A stretch of DNA of 64,000 nucleotides, taken from contig JAHFLD010000002.1 of the NCBI GenBank assembly GCA_023245035.1, positions 67,297 to 131,296 on the forward strand, given 5' to 3'. The DNA is from Candidatus Harrisonbacteria bacterium (GTDB lineage Bacteria; Patescibacteriota; Minisyncoccia; UBA6257; 1-14-0-10-40-38). A program made the translations under genes and the position numbers. The notes under the pieces were generated by a model. It saw nothing but the letters and a program-made list of their open reading frames with translations, was not told the DNA's origin and searched no databases. Shown piece after piece: positions 39,710 through 50,454 of this stretch. The stretch's first letter is position 1, and each line of letters starts with the position of its first letter.

Positions 39710-39871
39710 ATAAACTTTTTTTAGGCAACACGCTCCCGCGAATATATCTTAAGTCGCTCCTAACGAAACTTTACCGCCCTGCTTCTTCGCCCGCGGGCAC
39801 CCGGTTAAAGTTTCTATTCACTCCTAAAGATATCACTTCGCCTCCGCTGAAGTTGCCTGAAAAAGTTTATT
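39708..39871. repeat. Long inverted-repeat intergenic element
   Basis: AATAAACTTTTTTAGGCAAC...GTTGCCTGAAAAAGTTTATT terminal IR. Confidence 0.6.
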
Positions 39872-39898
39872 CTCGCTGTTGGTGGGGTGGTTGGCGAC

Positions 39899-39946
39899 TT
39901 GACTTTTGGTGGCTTTAAGTTGTATAGTCTAAAAGTTCTTTGAAAA
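39899..39946 (+). promoter_or_regulatory. Sigma70 promoter plus boxA-like element
   Basis: TTGACT, TATAGT (39923-39928), GTTCTTTGAAAA (39935-39946). Confidence 0.6.
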
Positions 39947-40038
39947 TAGGCATTTTAGCTCTAAAACGCGTGGTTTTGGAGGTGCCTGGAAGTGGTCGCC
40001 TGGGATCCGCGAAAACAGGATCCGGAAAGGCAAGTAGC

Positions 40039-40752
40039 ATGGCTGCGAATACCGGCGATGCTCGAGTGGTTCTTTGGGAGCGCCTCATGGCGCTTTTCTC
40101 AAGTGCGATTGAACTTACGCGAAGCGGAAGGCGTTCGCTTGAAGAGTTTGTGGACTTGCTTGAGCTAGTGAATCACAAGCCAAACTTCATGGAGCAGGCG
40201 ATTGCGCCGATGATGCAGAATTGCTTGCTTCAGGAATGGAAGCGGTTCTACTCTGATCATGAAATTGAACTTGATACCGAGAACATCAAGATCCCGGAGA
40301 GACCGAGCAAGGCATGGGATCTGATCGTAGTGCCTGGTGGTAGATCGGTAAACGGCTTGCTCAAAATTGCTCGTGTTAATCCTGAGCAAGTGAACAAGGA
40401 TTGCGGTCGACAGGATTCATTTGAGAAGCTTTCAGCTGATCCCTATGCTCTCTGGGTTTTGAAGTCTCCATTTCCGGATCAAACAAATACTCGTCCGGAG
40501 CATGTATCGTCTGGCTTCTCCGCCAGAGAGAATGAAGGAGATCGAGCGCTCAATCTTCAGGAATATCTGCTTTACAGTGCCTTCGTGTTTTGGCAGACAC
40601 AGGATCCGCTTGATGTTACCTCTCTCACTCTGGCTGTCTGTGGGGACGCGACTTACGAAGCCTATTGGAGCGGCTATGGAGTCGAAATCAAACCCTTCCG
40701 TGGCAGTATGTTTGGCCCAAGGTTTATTGGTTCGCGTCTTGCGAGCGGCTAG
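40039..40752 (+). CDS. Hypothetical protein inserted between secY and adk
   Basis: ATG 40039 after GAAAGG; terminator at about 40766-40797. Confidence 0.72.
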   Translation: MAANTGDARVVLWERLMALFSSAIELTRSGRRSLEEFVDLLELVNHKPNFMEQAIAPMMQNCLLQEWKRFYSDHEIELDTENIKIPERPSKAWDLIVVPGGRSVNGLLKIARVNPEQVNKDCGRQDSFEKLSADPYALWVLKSPFPDQTNTRPEHVSSGFSARENEGDRALNLQEYLLYSAFVFWQTQDPLDVTSLTLAVCGDATYEAYWSGYGVEIKPFRGSMFGPRFIGSRLASG

Positions 40753-40809
40753 CTGGAGAGTCTCTTCGCCCCGATTAATTTCGGGGCGATTTTTTTTATA
40801 GTCAACGAG

Positions 40810-40851
40810 CTCGCCTCCGCTCGACCTGCTTGCCGGCAGGCAGGGCTACGG
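40810..40851. repeat. Nested palindromic repeat family B
   Basis: CTCGCCTCCGCTCGA-CCTGCTTGCCGGCAGGCAGG-GCTACGG. Confidence 0.8.
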
Positions 40852-40898
40852 ACGAATGAATGCAAGAGCGATAAATCTTGATGTGCTACAATTTGGTT

Positions 40899-41585
40899 AT
40901 GCATAAAATCGCGGTTGTAATCTATGGACCGCCGGGATCGGGCAAGGGAACGCAAGCTAATCTGCTGGCCCTATCTCATGGCCTGATTCATTTTGACTCG
41001 GGACGTTTTATTGAGTTTTTGCTTAAAGATCCGCGCAACGCAGGTGATCCGGTGATTGATCGACAGCGGGCCTTGTTTGAAAAAGGCGAGCTTTGCGAAA
41101 CTGAATGGGTGATGGATGTTATCGGCCGGCAGACAAAAAAAATCGTCGCGGCAGATTTTGGCATTGTTCTTTCCGGATCGCCGCGAACTTTTTTTGAGGC
41201 TTTTGGCGACGACAAAACCAAAGGTATTTTGCCCTTGCTCCAAGAGGCTTATGGAAAGGAGGATGTTCACGTGGTTTTTTTGCGCGTCGAGGATAAAGTT
41301 TCTATCGAGCGCAATAGCCATCGTAAATTATGCACGACTTGCGGCACGCAGTTGATAAATAATCCGGAGCTCGTTAATCCCTTTTGCCCGTTTTGCGGCG
41401 GTTCGCTTTATACCCGCGTTTTTGACAATGAGGCAAAAATTGTGATAAGACTTGAGGAGTTTCGCAAGAAGACTTTGCCGATTTTAGAGGAGTTGCCGAG
41501 GCGGGGCATTAAACTTGCCGAAGTTAACGGTGAACTTCTGCCGTATTTGGTGCATCGAGAAATAGTCGAGAAGAGTTCGGTTTGA
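40899..41585 (+). CDS. adk: Adenylate kinase with Zn-LID
   Basis: GPPGSGKGTQA, GSPR, CTTC...CPFC. Confidence 0.92.
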   Translation: MHKIAVVIYGPPGSGKGTQANLLALSHGLIHFDSGRFIEFLLKDPRNAGDPVIDRQRALFEKGELCETEWVMDVIGRQTKKIVAADFGIVLSGSPRTFFEAFGDDKTKGILPLLQEAYGKEDVHVVFLRVEDKVSIERNSHRKLCTTCGTQLINNPELVNPFCPFCGGSLYTRVFDNEAKIVIRLEEFRKKTLPILEELPRRGIKLAEVNGELLPYLVHREIVEKSSV

Positions 41586-41648
41586 AGGAGTAGAGGATCT
41601 AGGGAGAGGCGGTGGATAAGGGGATGGATCTTGGTTATTTATTTTTTT

Positions 41649-42410
41649 ATGGGAATTATCAAAAAGCCAAAGGAGATAGAGCAGATGAAAAGCGCCGGAA
41701 GGATTCTAGGCGGTGTTTTGGCGCGTTTAGCCGATGAATCGAAGGAGGGGGTTTCTCTGTTGGAGTTGGACGCGCTCGCGCAGAAATTAATTACGGAAAA
41801 TGGAGGGGAATCATCTTTTTTGGGTTATCGGCCGGAGGGCGCGGCGAAACCTTATCCTAAAACATTGTGCGCTTCACTTAATAATGTGATTGTGCACGGC
41901 GTGCCAACTTCGCGCCGACTTAAAAGCGGAGATTTATTGAAGCTGGATTTGGGAGTGAAGTTTAATGGTTATCATGCCGACGCGGCTCTTACGGTGGCGA
42001 TTGGCTCGGTGGCGAGCGAGGCGCGAAGATTATTAGAGATTACCAAAAAAGCCTTGATGGCGGCGATTTTGGCAGCTAAGCCCGGCGCTCGGCTTGGGGA
42101 CATAGGCGCCGCAGTGGAGGCGGTGGCGAAGGAGGCCGGATTTAGGGTGACACAAGGTCTGACCGGGCACGGAATCGGTCGGCGCTTGCATGAGTCGCCA
42201 AGCGTTCCAAATGAAGGAGTTTCAGGAACGGGAATGGTACTGCGCCCGGGTATGGTTTTGGCCTTAGAGCCGATGTTGAATCTGGGTAGCGCTGAAATCC
42301 GGCAATTGGCCGATGAAAGCTATGGCACGTCGGATGGCAACTTGTCGGCCCATTTTGAGCATACAATTTTGATCACGAAGGGCGAGGCGGAAGTTTTGAC
42401 CGATTATTAA
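41649..42410 (+). CDS. map: Methionine aminopeptidase type I
   Basis: VHGVP, GHGIG, LEPM, SAHFEHT. Confidence 0.97.
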   Translation: MGIIKKPKEIEQMKSAGRILGGVLARLADESKEGVSLLELDALAQKLITENGGESSFLGYRPEGAAKPYPKTLCASLNNVIVHGVPTSRRLKSGDLLKLDLGVKFNGYHADAALTVAIGSVASEARRLLEITKKALMAAILAAKPGARLGDIGAAVEAVAKEAGFRVTQGLTGHGIGRRLHESPSVPNEGVSGTGMVLRPGMVLALEPMLNLGSAEIRQLADESYGTSDGNLSAHFEHTILITKGEAEVLTDY

Positions 42411-42460
42411 TTCGGTTTTGTCGGCTTGAAATTAAGAGCGTGGAGCATTAGGATCAATGA

Positions 42461-43372
42461 ATGGTTCGGCCACTTTTTAGTTTTATTGTTTTTACGAGAG
42501 ACGCGGAGCTGGCCTTACCGATAACTTTGGCCAATCTTGATCAGTTTTTGGCGATGGCGGATTTTGACTATGAAATTCTCCTGATTGATGACGGTTCACG
42601 AGACGCATCGGCAAAAATAGTCAGGGCTTTTGCTTCTTGGCTTCATCGCGCGCGAGTGATAGCGAACGCCGACGCGCTGGGAGTCGCGAAGTCCGCTTAT
42701 TTGGTTTCGCTTACGGCACGCGGAGCAGTTAGGATTTTTTTGGACGGCAGGCTTGGCGCGGCTTTAACTAAAGATTTTTTTGCGCGTATTGTCGCTTATG
42801 GGCGACGGTCTCACGCCCCGTTTTTTACCTTTACCCTGGTTTCGAATTTTAGTTTGGTTTCCTGGTTTTATTATCTTTATGAGTTTTTGGTTGGATTTTG
42901 GGGCAGGTTATGGCTCAAAACCTCGCCGGGGTTTTTCCCGACAACCGTTTGGGGATTAGATTCCACTTTTGACCCAGAGATTTTTCGAAAGATTCGCAGC
43001 GGTGATTCGCTGGCTTGGTTGGAGGCGGAACTAATCTTTGCCCAACTTGGTTTTCCCCGCAATCACGTTATGGTGCCGGCGGGAGTCTTTCCGAATTTTG
43101 AAATGTCTTTTGCTGAAAGTTTGCATATTTTTTCCGGAATAGCTAAAATGCGGTGGTGGCTTAATGATTCAACTTCGCCGGTTTTGGCTCACGTGAAGGC
43201 CGAAGCCAATTCCGCTGATCCGCTGGCGAAGGTTTTACCGATGGCGAGCACTCACTCTTATAGGATTCCCTCCGTTTCTCACGTGAGGACTCCGGCGGCG
43301 CTATCTTCAATTCCCGTAAAGAGTGGCGTATCTCGCTTAAAAAGCCGAAAGAACAAAAAAACAATTTCCTAG
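42461..43372 (+). CDS. Glycosyltransferase family 2-like protein (divergent)
   Basis: YEILLIDDGSRD. Confidence 0.7.
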   Translation: MVRPLFSFIVFTRDAELALPITLANLDQFLAMADFDYEILLIDDGSRDASAKIVRAFASWLHRARVIANADALGVAKSAYLVSLTARGAVRIFLDGRLGAALTKDFFARIVAYGRRSHAPFFTFTLVSNFSLVSWFYYLYEFLVGFWGRLWLKTSPGFFPTTVWGLDSTFDPEIFRKIRSGDSLAWLEAELIFAQLGFPRNHVMVPAGVFPNFEMSFAESLHIFSGIAKMRWWLNDSTSPVLAHVKAEANSADPLAKVLPMASTHSYRIPSVSHVRTPAALSSIPVKSGVSRLKSRKNKKTIS

Positions 43373-43387
43373 TTTTATTTTTTTATT

Positions 43388-43843
43388 ATGGATTACTATT
43401 TAACTGAAACTCGCCTTGGAGAGCTAAAGGTGGAACTGGAGGACCTTAAAACGAATAAGCGGATTGAAGTGGCAAAGCGATTGAAGCGCGCCAAGGAGCT
43501 GGGCGATCTTTCGGAGAATTCGGAATATCAGGAGGCCCGGAACGAGCAAATGCAGGTGGAGTCGCGAATTTTCGAACTTGAGCAGATGATTAAGAATGCC
43601 AAGATGATTGAGAAGGGAGGAAGCGCCGGAGTTGTCAGAATCGGTTCAACGGTCAAAGTGGAGAAGGGCGGAATAGTAACAGCTTTCACTATTATAGGTT
43701 CTAACGAAACTAGACCGGAGGCCGGCCTTATTTCCAACGAGTCGCCATTGGGATCGGCGTTAATCGGGCATAGTGTCGGTGATATCTGCCAGGTTCAAAC
43801 GCCCGGAGGCAAGGCGGCTTATAAAATTGTCGCTATAGAATAG
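43388..43843 (+). CDS. greA: Transcription elongation factor GreA
   Basis: GDLSENSEY, ISNESPLGSAL. Confidence 0.97.
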   Translation: MDYYLTETRLGELKVELEDLKTNKRIEVAKRLKRAKELGDLSENSEYQEARNEQMQVESRIFELEQMIKNAKMIEKGGSAGVVRIGSTVKVEKGGIVTAFTIIGSNETRPEAGLISNESPLGSALIGHSVGDICQVQTPGGKAAYKIVAIE

Positions 43844-43852
43844 TAATTTTTT

Positions 43853-45325
43853 ATGCGAGACGATTTGATAGCGGAAAGAATGCGAAAGTTGGCGGCTTTG
43901 CGCGCCGCTGGCGTTGATCCTTATCCGGCCCAGATTAAGCGCTCACATACGATTAGCGAGCTTTTGGATAAGTTTAAATCGCTGGAGCAGGACAAAAAAG
44001 AAGTCGCGGTTGTCGGGCGGGTGATGGGTTTACGGAATCAAGGCGGTTTGCTGTTTGCTGATTTGCGCGATGAAACCGGACAGGTTCAGATTGTGGCCAA
44101 GCGCAACGAGGTGGCGGATTTTGAGTTGCTTCGAGATACGCTTGATTTGTCCGATTTTTTGGAAGTTCGCGGAGTTCCGTTTACGACTCAACGAGGCGAA
44201 CAAAGCGTTGGCGCCTTGTCGGCCAGAATCGTGGTGAAAAGTTTGCGAACTTTGCCGAGCTCTTGGTACGGACTTCAGGATGTGGAGACTCGCTTGCGCC
44301 AGCGCTATCTTGATTTTTTACTGAATCCCGACTTGAAGGATTTGTTCGCAAAAAAGTTCAAGTTTTGGGCCGAGTTTCGCGCTTTTTTAACCAAGGCCGG
44401 TTTTCAAGAAGTGGAAATGCCGGTTTTGGAGCCGATTCCCGGCGGTGCCGAGGCGGAGCCGTTTTTGACTCACCACAAGGCTTTGGATTGGGATTTCTAT
44501 TTGCGGATTTCGTTGGAATTGCCGCTCAAAAAGCTTTTGGTGGCCGGCTTTGAAAAGGTTTTTGAAATAGGCCGGATTTTTCGCAACGAAGGGATAGATG
44601 CCGAACACCTGCAGGATTACACTCAATTGGAGTTTTATTGGGCTTACGCCGATTATAATGATCTAATGAAGTTTGTGGAGAAGATGTATTCGTCGGCCAT
44701 CAAAAATGTTTTTGGAACTTTGACTTTGCCGTGGAATCGGAAAAAAATTGATTGGACGCCGCCGTGGCCGAAGGTCCAATATTATGATTTATTTAAGAAG
44801 TTTACCGGCTTGGACTTGAAAACTGTGACGCGCGACGAACTTTACATGAAAGCGCTTAAGGAGAATTTGAAGCCGGAGCTGGAACTTGGACGGGGACGCT
44901 TGATAGATTTGCTTTTTAAAAAGATGGTCAGACCAACGTTGGTTCAACCGGTTTTCTTGGTTAACCCGCCGGTGGATATTGAGCCGTTAGCCAAGCGACT
45001 TTCGGGAAATCCCGATAAGGTGGCGCGGTTTCAGGTGGTGGCCTGCCAGACCGAACTTGGAAAGGGTTTTTCCGAATTAAACGATCCCCAGGATCAAAGA
45101 GATCGCTTTACCGAGCAGATGGATTTGCGCGCCAAGGGAGACAAGGAGGCTCAAATGCTGGATGAGGATTTTTTGGTGGCTCTGGAGCACGGCATGCCGC
45201 CGGCTGCCGGTTTTGGCGTTTCGGAGCGCTTGTTTTCGGTCTTGGCCGGCAAACCGATTCGAGAGCTGGTCTTTTTTCCGCCAATGCGTCCTAGGGATAC
45301 AAACGAGAGCGGTGATCGTGAATAA
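43853..45325 (+). CDS. lysS: Lysine--tRNA ligase (class II)
   Basis: RQRYLD, GGAEAEPF, FRNEG, SELNDP, GMPP. Confidence 0.97.
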   Translation: MRDDLIAERMRKLAALRAAGVDPYPAQIKRSHTISELLDKFKSLEQDKKEVAVVGRVMGLRNQGGLLFADLRDETGQVQIVAKRNEVADFELLRDTLDLSDFLEVRGVPFTTQRGEQSVGALSARIVVKSLRTLPSSWYGLQDVETRLRQRYLDFLLNPDLKDLFAKKFKFWAEFRAFLTKAGFQEVEMPVLEPIPGGAEAEPFLTHHKALDWDFYLRISLELPLKKLLVAGFEKVFEIGRIFRNEGIDAEHLQDYTQLEFYWAYADYNDLMKFVEKMYSSAIKNVFGTLTLPWNRKKIDWTPPWPKVQYYDLFKKFTGLDLKTVTRDELYMKALKENLKPELELGRGRLIDLLFKKMVRPTLVQPVFLVNPPVDIEPLAKRLSGNPDKVARFQVVACQTELGKGFSELNDPQDQRDRFTEQMDLRAKGDKEAQMLDEDFLVALEHGMPPAAGFGVSERLFSVLAGKPIRELVFFPPMRPRDTNESGDRE

Positions 45326-45331
45326 TCTACT

Positions 45332-46594
45332 ATGCTTGACGCAAAATTACTTCGGGAAAATCCAGATGAGGCCCGCGCGGCTTTAGCGCGGCGTGGCCGA
45401 AATCCAAAAGAAATTGATTCTTTTTTGGAAGTGGATGGCCGTTGGCGGGCGCTTAGTCAGCGTTTTGACGAGGCCAGACGAGAACTCAAAGAATTGAGTT
45501 TGGCGAGGGCTATAGAGAAGGCCAAGGTTTTAAAGGTTTCTCTTAAATCCATTGAAGAGGAGTTGAGCTTGGTTACTACCGAGCGTGATAATTTGCTGTC
45601 GCAACTGCCAAACATGCCTTTTGCCGAGGTACCAAGCGGCAAGGATGATTCCGAAAATCCGGTGCTTCGCACCGTGGGCACACCGGGCGAGCTAAAAGTT
45701 GACTATCTGACCTTGGCGCGAAATTTGGACTTATTGGACGTGGAGCGTTCGGCTACGGTTTCGGGCAGTCGATTTAGTTACTTAAAAAACGAGTTGGTTT
45801 TGTTGGAGTTCGGTCTGATTCGTTTCGCTCTTGATCTGCTTTTGCCCCACGGATTTACTCCGATTATTCCACCACAAATGATTCGCCCCGAAGTCTATCG
45901 AGGAATGGGGCGTTTGTCCGGCGGACAGGAGGAGGAGCGCTATTTTTTGGCGAAGGATGACTTGTATTTAATCGGCAGTGCCGAGCATACCATGGGGCCA
46001 TATCACGCCGGAGATGTTTTTTTGGCCAAGGATTTGCCGCGGCGCTATGTTGGTTTCTCCACCTGCTTCCGTCGGGAGGCTGGCTCTTACGGCAAGGACA
46101 CCAAGGGTATTTTGCGGGTGCATCAATTTGATAAGGTGGAGATGTTTTCTTTCGCTCATCCGGAAAAGTCCGGCGAGGAGCACCAGTTTTTATTGGCGCG
46201 CCAGGAGGAGTTGCATCAAAAACTCGGCTTGCCTTATCGGATTGTGGAAATTTGCACCGGCGATCTTGGATTTACCGATGCCAAGGCATATGACACCGAG
46301 GTTTGGTTGCCGAGCGAGGGTCGTTATCGCGAAACCGGATCATGTTCCAATACGACCGATTTTCAGGCGAGAGGCATTGATGTTAGGTATCGGGATGAGG
46401 CCCAGGGACCGATTAAAGGTTTTGCTCATCTACTCAATGCTACCGGACTCGCGATTGGCCGAACGCTCATAATGATTATGGAAAATTACCAGACCGAGAC
46501 TGGTACTATTTTAGTTCCCGAAGTTTTAATTCCCTATGTCGGTTTTAAAGAAATTACCACCACCAAATTTAAAGGTTTGGGTGGAGATCGATAA
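45332..46594 (+). CDS. serS: Serine--tRNA ligase
   Basis: CFRREAGSYGKDTKGILRVHQFDKVE, SCSN.TDFQAR. Confidence 0.98.
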   Translation: MLDAKLLRENPDEARAALARRGRNPKEIDSFLEVDGRWRALSQRFDEARRELKELSLARAIEKAKVLKVSLKSIEEELSLVTTERDNLLSQLPNMPFAEVPSGKDDSENPVLRTVGTPGELKVDYLTLARNLDLLDVERSATVSGSRFSYLKNELVLLEFGLIRFALDLLLPHGFTPIIPPQMIRPEVYRGMGRLSGGQEEERYFLAKDDLYLIGSAEHTMGPYHAGDVFLAKDLPRRYVGFSTCFRREAGSYGKDTKGILRVHQFDKVEMFSFAHPEKSGEEHQFLLARQEELHQKLGLPYRIVEICTGDLGFTDAKAYDTEVWLPSEGRYRETGSCSNTTDFQARGIDVRYRDEAQGPIKGFAHLLNATGLAIGRTLIMIMENYQTETGTILVPEVLIPYVGFKEITTTKFKGLGGDR

Positions 46595-47651
46595 GACGGC
46601 TTTACTGGCCAATCTTGAACTTTTTCGTTCGGTGGTGAATCCAAAAGTTGAAGTGTGGGCGGTTGTTAAATCAAACGCTTACGGCCACGGACTTTTTGAG
46701 GTTGCCGATATTCTGAAAAATTTGGTGAATGGTTTTTGCGTGGACAGCGTTGCCGAAGGGGAGGCTTTGCGAAAGCGAGGAATTAAGAGTCCAATTTTGG
46801 TCTTGGGACCGACCTTGCCGGCGCTTTTTAGCGTTGCTTATCGTAAAAAATTGACGCTGACCATTGCCGATATCGGTACCTTGCGGAAATTAAGTTCGCG
46901 GAGTCCAAACTTTCACCTAAAATTTGATACCGGTATGCGGAGGCAAGGTTTTTTGCCGTCCGAGCTGTCCCGAGTTTTAAATTTCTTGCGAGGTAAAAAT
47001 TTGCCATTACGCGGTATCTACAGTCATTTTGCCGGCGATGAGGTTGGTGGAATTTCCAGATACCGGGAACAGTTTGCTTTGTTTGAGGCGCTAATGAAAT
47101 CTTTTTCTGCCGCCGGATATAATTCCCTTAAGCGACATATTGCCGCTACCGACGGGGTTTTGCAGAATGCTGACTTTCATTTGGATATGGTTAGAATCGG
47201 GATGGGTTTTTATGGAGGCACTAAACTTTTTCACCAAGGAAAAGTTTTTCCTGGTAGACCGGTCTTGTCTTGGCGGACCGTTGTGTCCGCGCTTAAGACG
47301 GCTCAAGCCGGCGATCGCGTTGGTTATGCTCCGAGCGAGATTCTAGCCGCTCCGTCCAAGCTTGCGATCTTGCCGATTGGTTATTGGCACGGTTTCCCGC
47401 GAGCCCTTTCCCGAATCGGGGAGGTTTTGGTGCGAGGCAGGCGAGCCAGAGTTGTTGGCTTGGTTTCTATGGATCTGCTTACTGTTGAGGTGACGAATAT
47501 TCCCGGGATTCGGGTTGGGGATATGGTTACGATAATCGGCAGTGATCTCGGATCCGTTTTGACGGCCGATGATTTGGCGCGACCCATTCAAACCGTTCCT
47601 TATGAGATACTCACACGCACCAATCCACTGATGCGACGCTTCGTGGTTTAA
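46536..47651 (+). CDS. alr: Alanine racemase
   Basis: AVVKSNAYGHG, HLKFDTGMRRQG, VSMD. Confidence 0.95.
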   Translation: MSVLKKLPPPNLKVWVEIDKTALLANLELFRSVVNPKVEVWAVVKSNAYGHGLFEVADILKNLVNGFCVDSVAEGEALRKRGIKSPILVLGPTLPALFSVAYRKKLTLTIADIGTLRKLSSRSPNFHLKFDTGMRRQGFLPSELSRVLNFLRGKNLPLRGIYSHFAGDEVGGISRYREQFALFEALMKSFSAAGYNSLKRHIAATDGVLQNADFHLDMVRIGMGFYGGTKLFHQGKVFPGRPVLSWRTVVSALKTAQAGDRVGYAPSEILAAPSKLAILPIGYWHGFPRALSRIGEVLVRGRRARVVGLVSMDLLTVEVTNIPGIRVGDMVTIIGSDLGSVLTADDLARPIQTVPYEILTRTNPLMRRFVV

Positions 47652-47661
47652 TTAGACTGGT

Positions 47662-48444
47662 ATGACCAATGCCTATTTAGCGCAGTCGCGCATGCGGCGT
47701 TTCCGAAAACGCCGGTTGCGATTTTATGCCTGGTTTTTGGGTGTCCTGGTTTTTGCTTTTTTTCTGTTTTACGCGGTTCGGGAGTCGTCTTTTTTCGTCA
47801 TTCGCACGCTTAAAATAAACGGTGTTTCTGGCGCGGAGCAATCCAATCTCTTAACGTCTTTGAGAACCGCGGTCGCTCAAGAAACTCTGGGGAAGATCTT
47901 GGGGGCTGATAATTATTTGGCTTGGCCCGCGACTTTACCACCGCCATCGTTTTCTTTGGCTTCGATCGCGATTACCAAGCGTTTTTTTGATAGAAGCGTT
48001 GAGGTTGCGGTTCAGCGGAAAAATATTGGAGGAATGTGGTGTTTTGGCGACGAGGCGCAATCATGTTTCTGGTTTGATGGTGAAAGTGCTCTATTGCTGA
48101 CGCCGGCGCCATCAACCGAAGGTTCGTTAGTTCAAGTAATTTACGAGGAGTCGTCTATTCCACTGACTCTTGGACAACCGGTGCTTTCCTCCGAGGAGTT
48201 TGCTTATTTTAAGGAAATAGCCGGGGTATTGGGTGGGATGGATTTTGGCGATTTGCGTTTGGTTTTTAACCGCGATCGGAGAGAGCTGACCGCGATACCG
48301 GTTCATGGACCGGAGCTTAGATTTAGCGTTCGCTTTCCATCGCGAGTGGCGCTCGCCGCGCTTCGGGAGATGGCGAGTCGCCCAAGCTTTTCCAATTTGC
48401 AATACGCGGATTTTACGGTTAATAACAAGGTTTATACCAAGTAG
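47662..48444 (+). CDS. FtsQ/DivIB-like membrane protein
   Basis: Basic N-tail, TM, POTRA-like segment, C-terminal YADF..NKVY. Confidence 0.55.
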   Translation: MTNAYLAQSRMRRFRKRRLRFYAWFLGVLVFAFFLFYAVRESSFFVIRTLKINGVSGAEQSNLLTSLRTAVAQETLGKILGADNYLAWPATLPPPSFSLASIAITKRFFDRSVEVAVQRKNIGGMWCFGDEAQSCFWFDGESALLLTPAPSTEGSLVQVIYEESSIPLTLGQPVLSSEEFAYFKEIAGVLGGMDFGDLRLVFNRDRRELTAIPVHGPELRFSVRFPSRVALAALREMASRPSFSNLQYADFTVNNKVYTK

Positions 48445-48496
48445 CTCGATTATGAAAATCCGGTTGTAATATTTTTTGTCGCGATTTTTCTTGAAT

Positions 48497-48850
48497 ATGA
48501 ATTTTAGATTTCCCGAGGACGACCGGCAATTTACCTGGACTCGGCATATCAAAAATAAGATGTTGTTTTACGGACTTTCCGAGCAGCGGGTTCGCGGTGT
48601 TTTTAAATCGCCTGCCAGATTGGTGGAAGGCGTGGCCGAGGATACAATCGCGGCTATGAAGCCGAATTCTACCAAGAGCCGCCGTGAGGAGGTTTGGATT
48701 ATGTATCGAGCGCAAAAGGTCAAATCAAAACAGGCGCCGAAAATTTTAATGATCAGCGCTTGGCGATATCCGGGTTTAAGCAATCCGGAAAAAGCGGTGC
48801 CAATTCCCGAAGAGGTTGTGCTTGAATTAGGACTTAGGATTCAAGCATAG
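48497..48850 (+). CDS. Hypothetical protein
   Basis: WTRHIK.KM, ISAWRYPG; possible small RNase-like fold. Confidence 0.65.
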   Translation: MNFRFPEDDRQFTWTRHIKNKMLFYGLSEQRVRGVFKSPARLVEGVAEDTIAAMKPNSTKSRREEVWIMYRAQKVKSKQAPKILMISAWRYPGLSNPEKAVPIPEEVVLELGLRIQA

Positions 48851-48854
48851 CGCT

Positions 48855-50105
48855 TCAAGAGTTTTGGTCTTTCTCGGTTTCACACAAGGGGCAAGTTTCG
48901 GAAAACTTGCTGGTGCTTAAAAATGTGCTGATGGCCTTGCGGGCGGGCATGAGCATGGTAAAGGCTCGAAAATCAGCTAGTCGGCGCAAGAACCAGCCAA
49001 CGCGCCCGAAGAAAAGAAGCTTTCCGATTTGGGCTCCGGCCCAGTGGTGTCCGGCCGGAATTACGTACCAGGGTTTTCGAGGGACATATTTTAAGCGCCA
49101 AGCGTGATTACCCAGGGTGTTTTCGGCAATTCTCTCGGCTACATAATGCGCGTCATAGATCGCGGTTTGAGCCATGCCCGAATAGGTAGTTGCCGCCGCG
49201 TCACCAATGGCAAAAACATCTTCATGGTTTTTGGCGCGCAGATATTCATCAACAACAACCCTTCCTTTTTTGTCGGTTCCAAGGTTGCTGGTCGCGGCCA
49301 GCAGGCGATGGGCACGAATGCCCGCAGTCCAAATAAGGGTTTGAGTTTTGAACTGCATGTCTTTAAGATAGACGGTTTCCACTTCCTCTTGGACGACGGC
49401 GCGGTTCAAGAAGATATTGACGCCGAGTTCCCGCAGGCGAGACTCAACGCGTTCGGAAAATTTCGGCAACAACATAGATACCAGGCGGGGGGCGGCCTCA
49501 ACAACGTCAATGGTTACAATGGAGGCGTCCAGCTTGTGGGTGACGGCGATTTTTTTGGCGTAGTGCGCCAGATCGCCGGCGATTTCGGTTCCGGAGGCGC
49601 CGCCGCCAACCACGACAAAATGCGCCGCTTTGACTTTTTCATCCATGGTTCCAACTTTGGAAACCGCGACCATCATTTCGTGCAGGTGGCGTTTGAGCGC
49701 CAGGGCTTCGGAGACTGTTTTAAAGCCATAGGAGTTTTCTTTTAATCCGGGGATGTTGAAGTATTCGGTTTCGCTGCCAAGCGCGAGCACCAAGGTTTCG
49801 TATTCGTAGCGCGTACCGGAGTTTCCTTTGAGTTCCTTCTTTTCCAGATTTATTTCCACAATCCGATCTTCCAGAAGCTCCACCGGCGTATGCGCAAAAA
49901 TTTCTCGCAGTGGCACGCAGGTTTCGAGAGGCGAGTGTCCGGTGACTACGCGATAGAGAGCGGCGTGATATTCAAAATGAGGCTTGTCGCTAATTAAAAT
50001 AATTCTGGTATATGGCAGGCGGCGGCGGGCGAGGTCAAGCGCCAGACGGATACCGCCAAAACCGGCGCCGACGATGACGATTCTTTTTCGGTGAGGTACG
50101 GACAT
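48855..50105 (-). CDS. NAD(P)/FAD-dependent oxidoreductase, NDH-2 family
   Basis: GAGFGG, VGGGASGTE, WTAG, FAIGD, AQTA. Confidence 0.9.
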   Translation of the reverse strand: MSVPHRKRIVIVGAGFGGIRLALDLARRRLPYTRIILISDKPHFEYHAALYRVVTGHSPLETCVPLREIFAHTPVELLEDRIVEINLEKKELKGNSGTRYEYETLVLALGSETEYFNIPGLKENSYGFKTVSEALALKRHLHEMMVAVSKVGTMDEKVKAAHFVVVGGGASGTEIAGDLAHYAKKIAVTHKLDASIVTIDVVEAAPRLVSMLLPKFSERVESRLRELGVNIFLNRAVVQEEVETVYLKDMQFKTQTLIWTAGIRAHRLLAATSNLGTDKKGRVVVDEYLRAKNHEDVFAIGDAAATTYSGMAQTAIYDAHYVAERIAENTLGNHAWRLKYVPRKPWYVIPAGHHWAGAQIGKLLFFGRVGWFLRRLADFRAFTMLMPARKAISTFLSTSKFSETCPLCETEKDQNS

Positions 50106-50205
50106 GCTATTACTTTAACACCAAAACCAAGTTGTTATGTGTGGGTAAATTTTGGTAAGAAAAAATCCGCCTTGATGGCGGACTTTTTCCGCATGTTGAA
50201 AAAAA

Positions 50206-50394
50206 CTATTGATGGGCTGCGGGATTTTTCATGCAGCAATCCTTGACCATCTTGCCACTACCGCAGGGGCATTTTTCGTTTGCTACGTCCTTGGCTTCGT
50301 TTGCGCTGTGGCACATACCGGCCATTTTGCCACTGCCGCAATGACAGGGCTTCATCAGTTTCCCCATCTTATCACTAAGCATTTTTGAATCCAT
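50206..50394 (-). CDS. Small protein with two SEC-C zinc motifs
   Basis: CHCGSGK...CH and CPCGSGK...CC. Confidence 0.75.
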   Translation of the reverse strand: MDSKMLSDKMGKLMKPCHCGSGKMAGMCHSANEAKDVANEKCPCGSGKMVKDCCMKNPAAHQ

Positions 50395-50454
50395 ATTCGG
50401 GTAAAACCTAGATTTTTTGTCGGCGACCTTTCTTTGGCTATTATACCAGAAGGG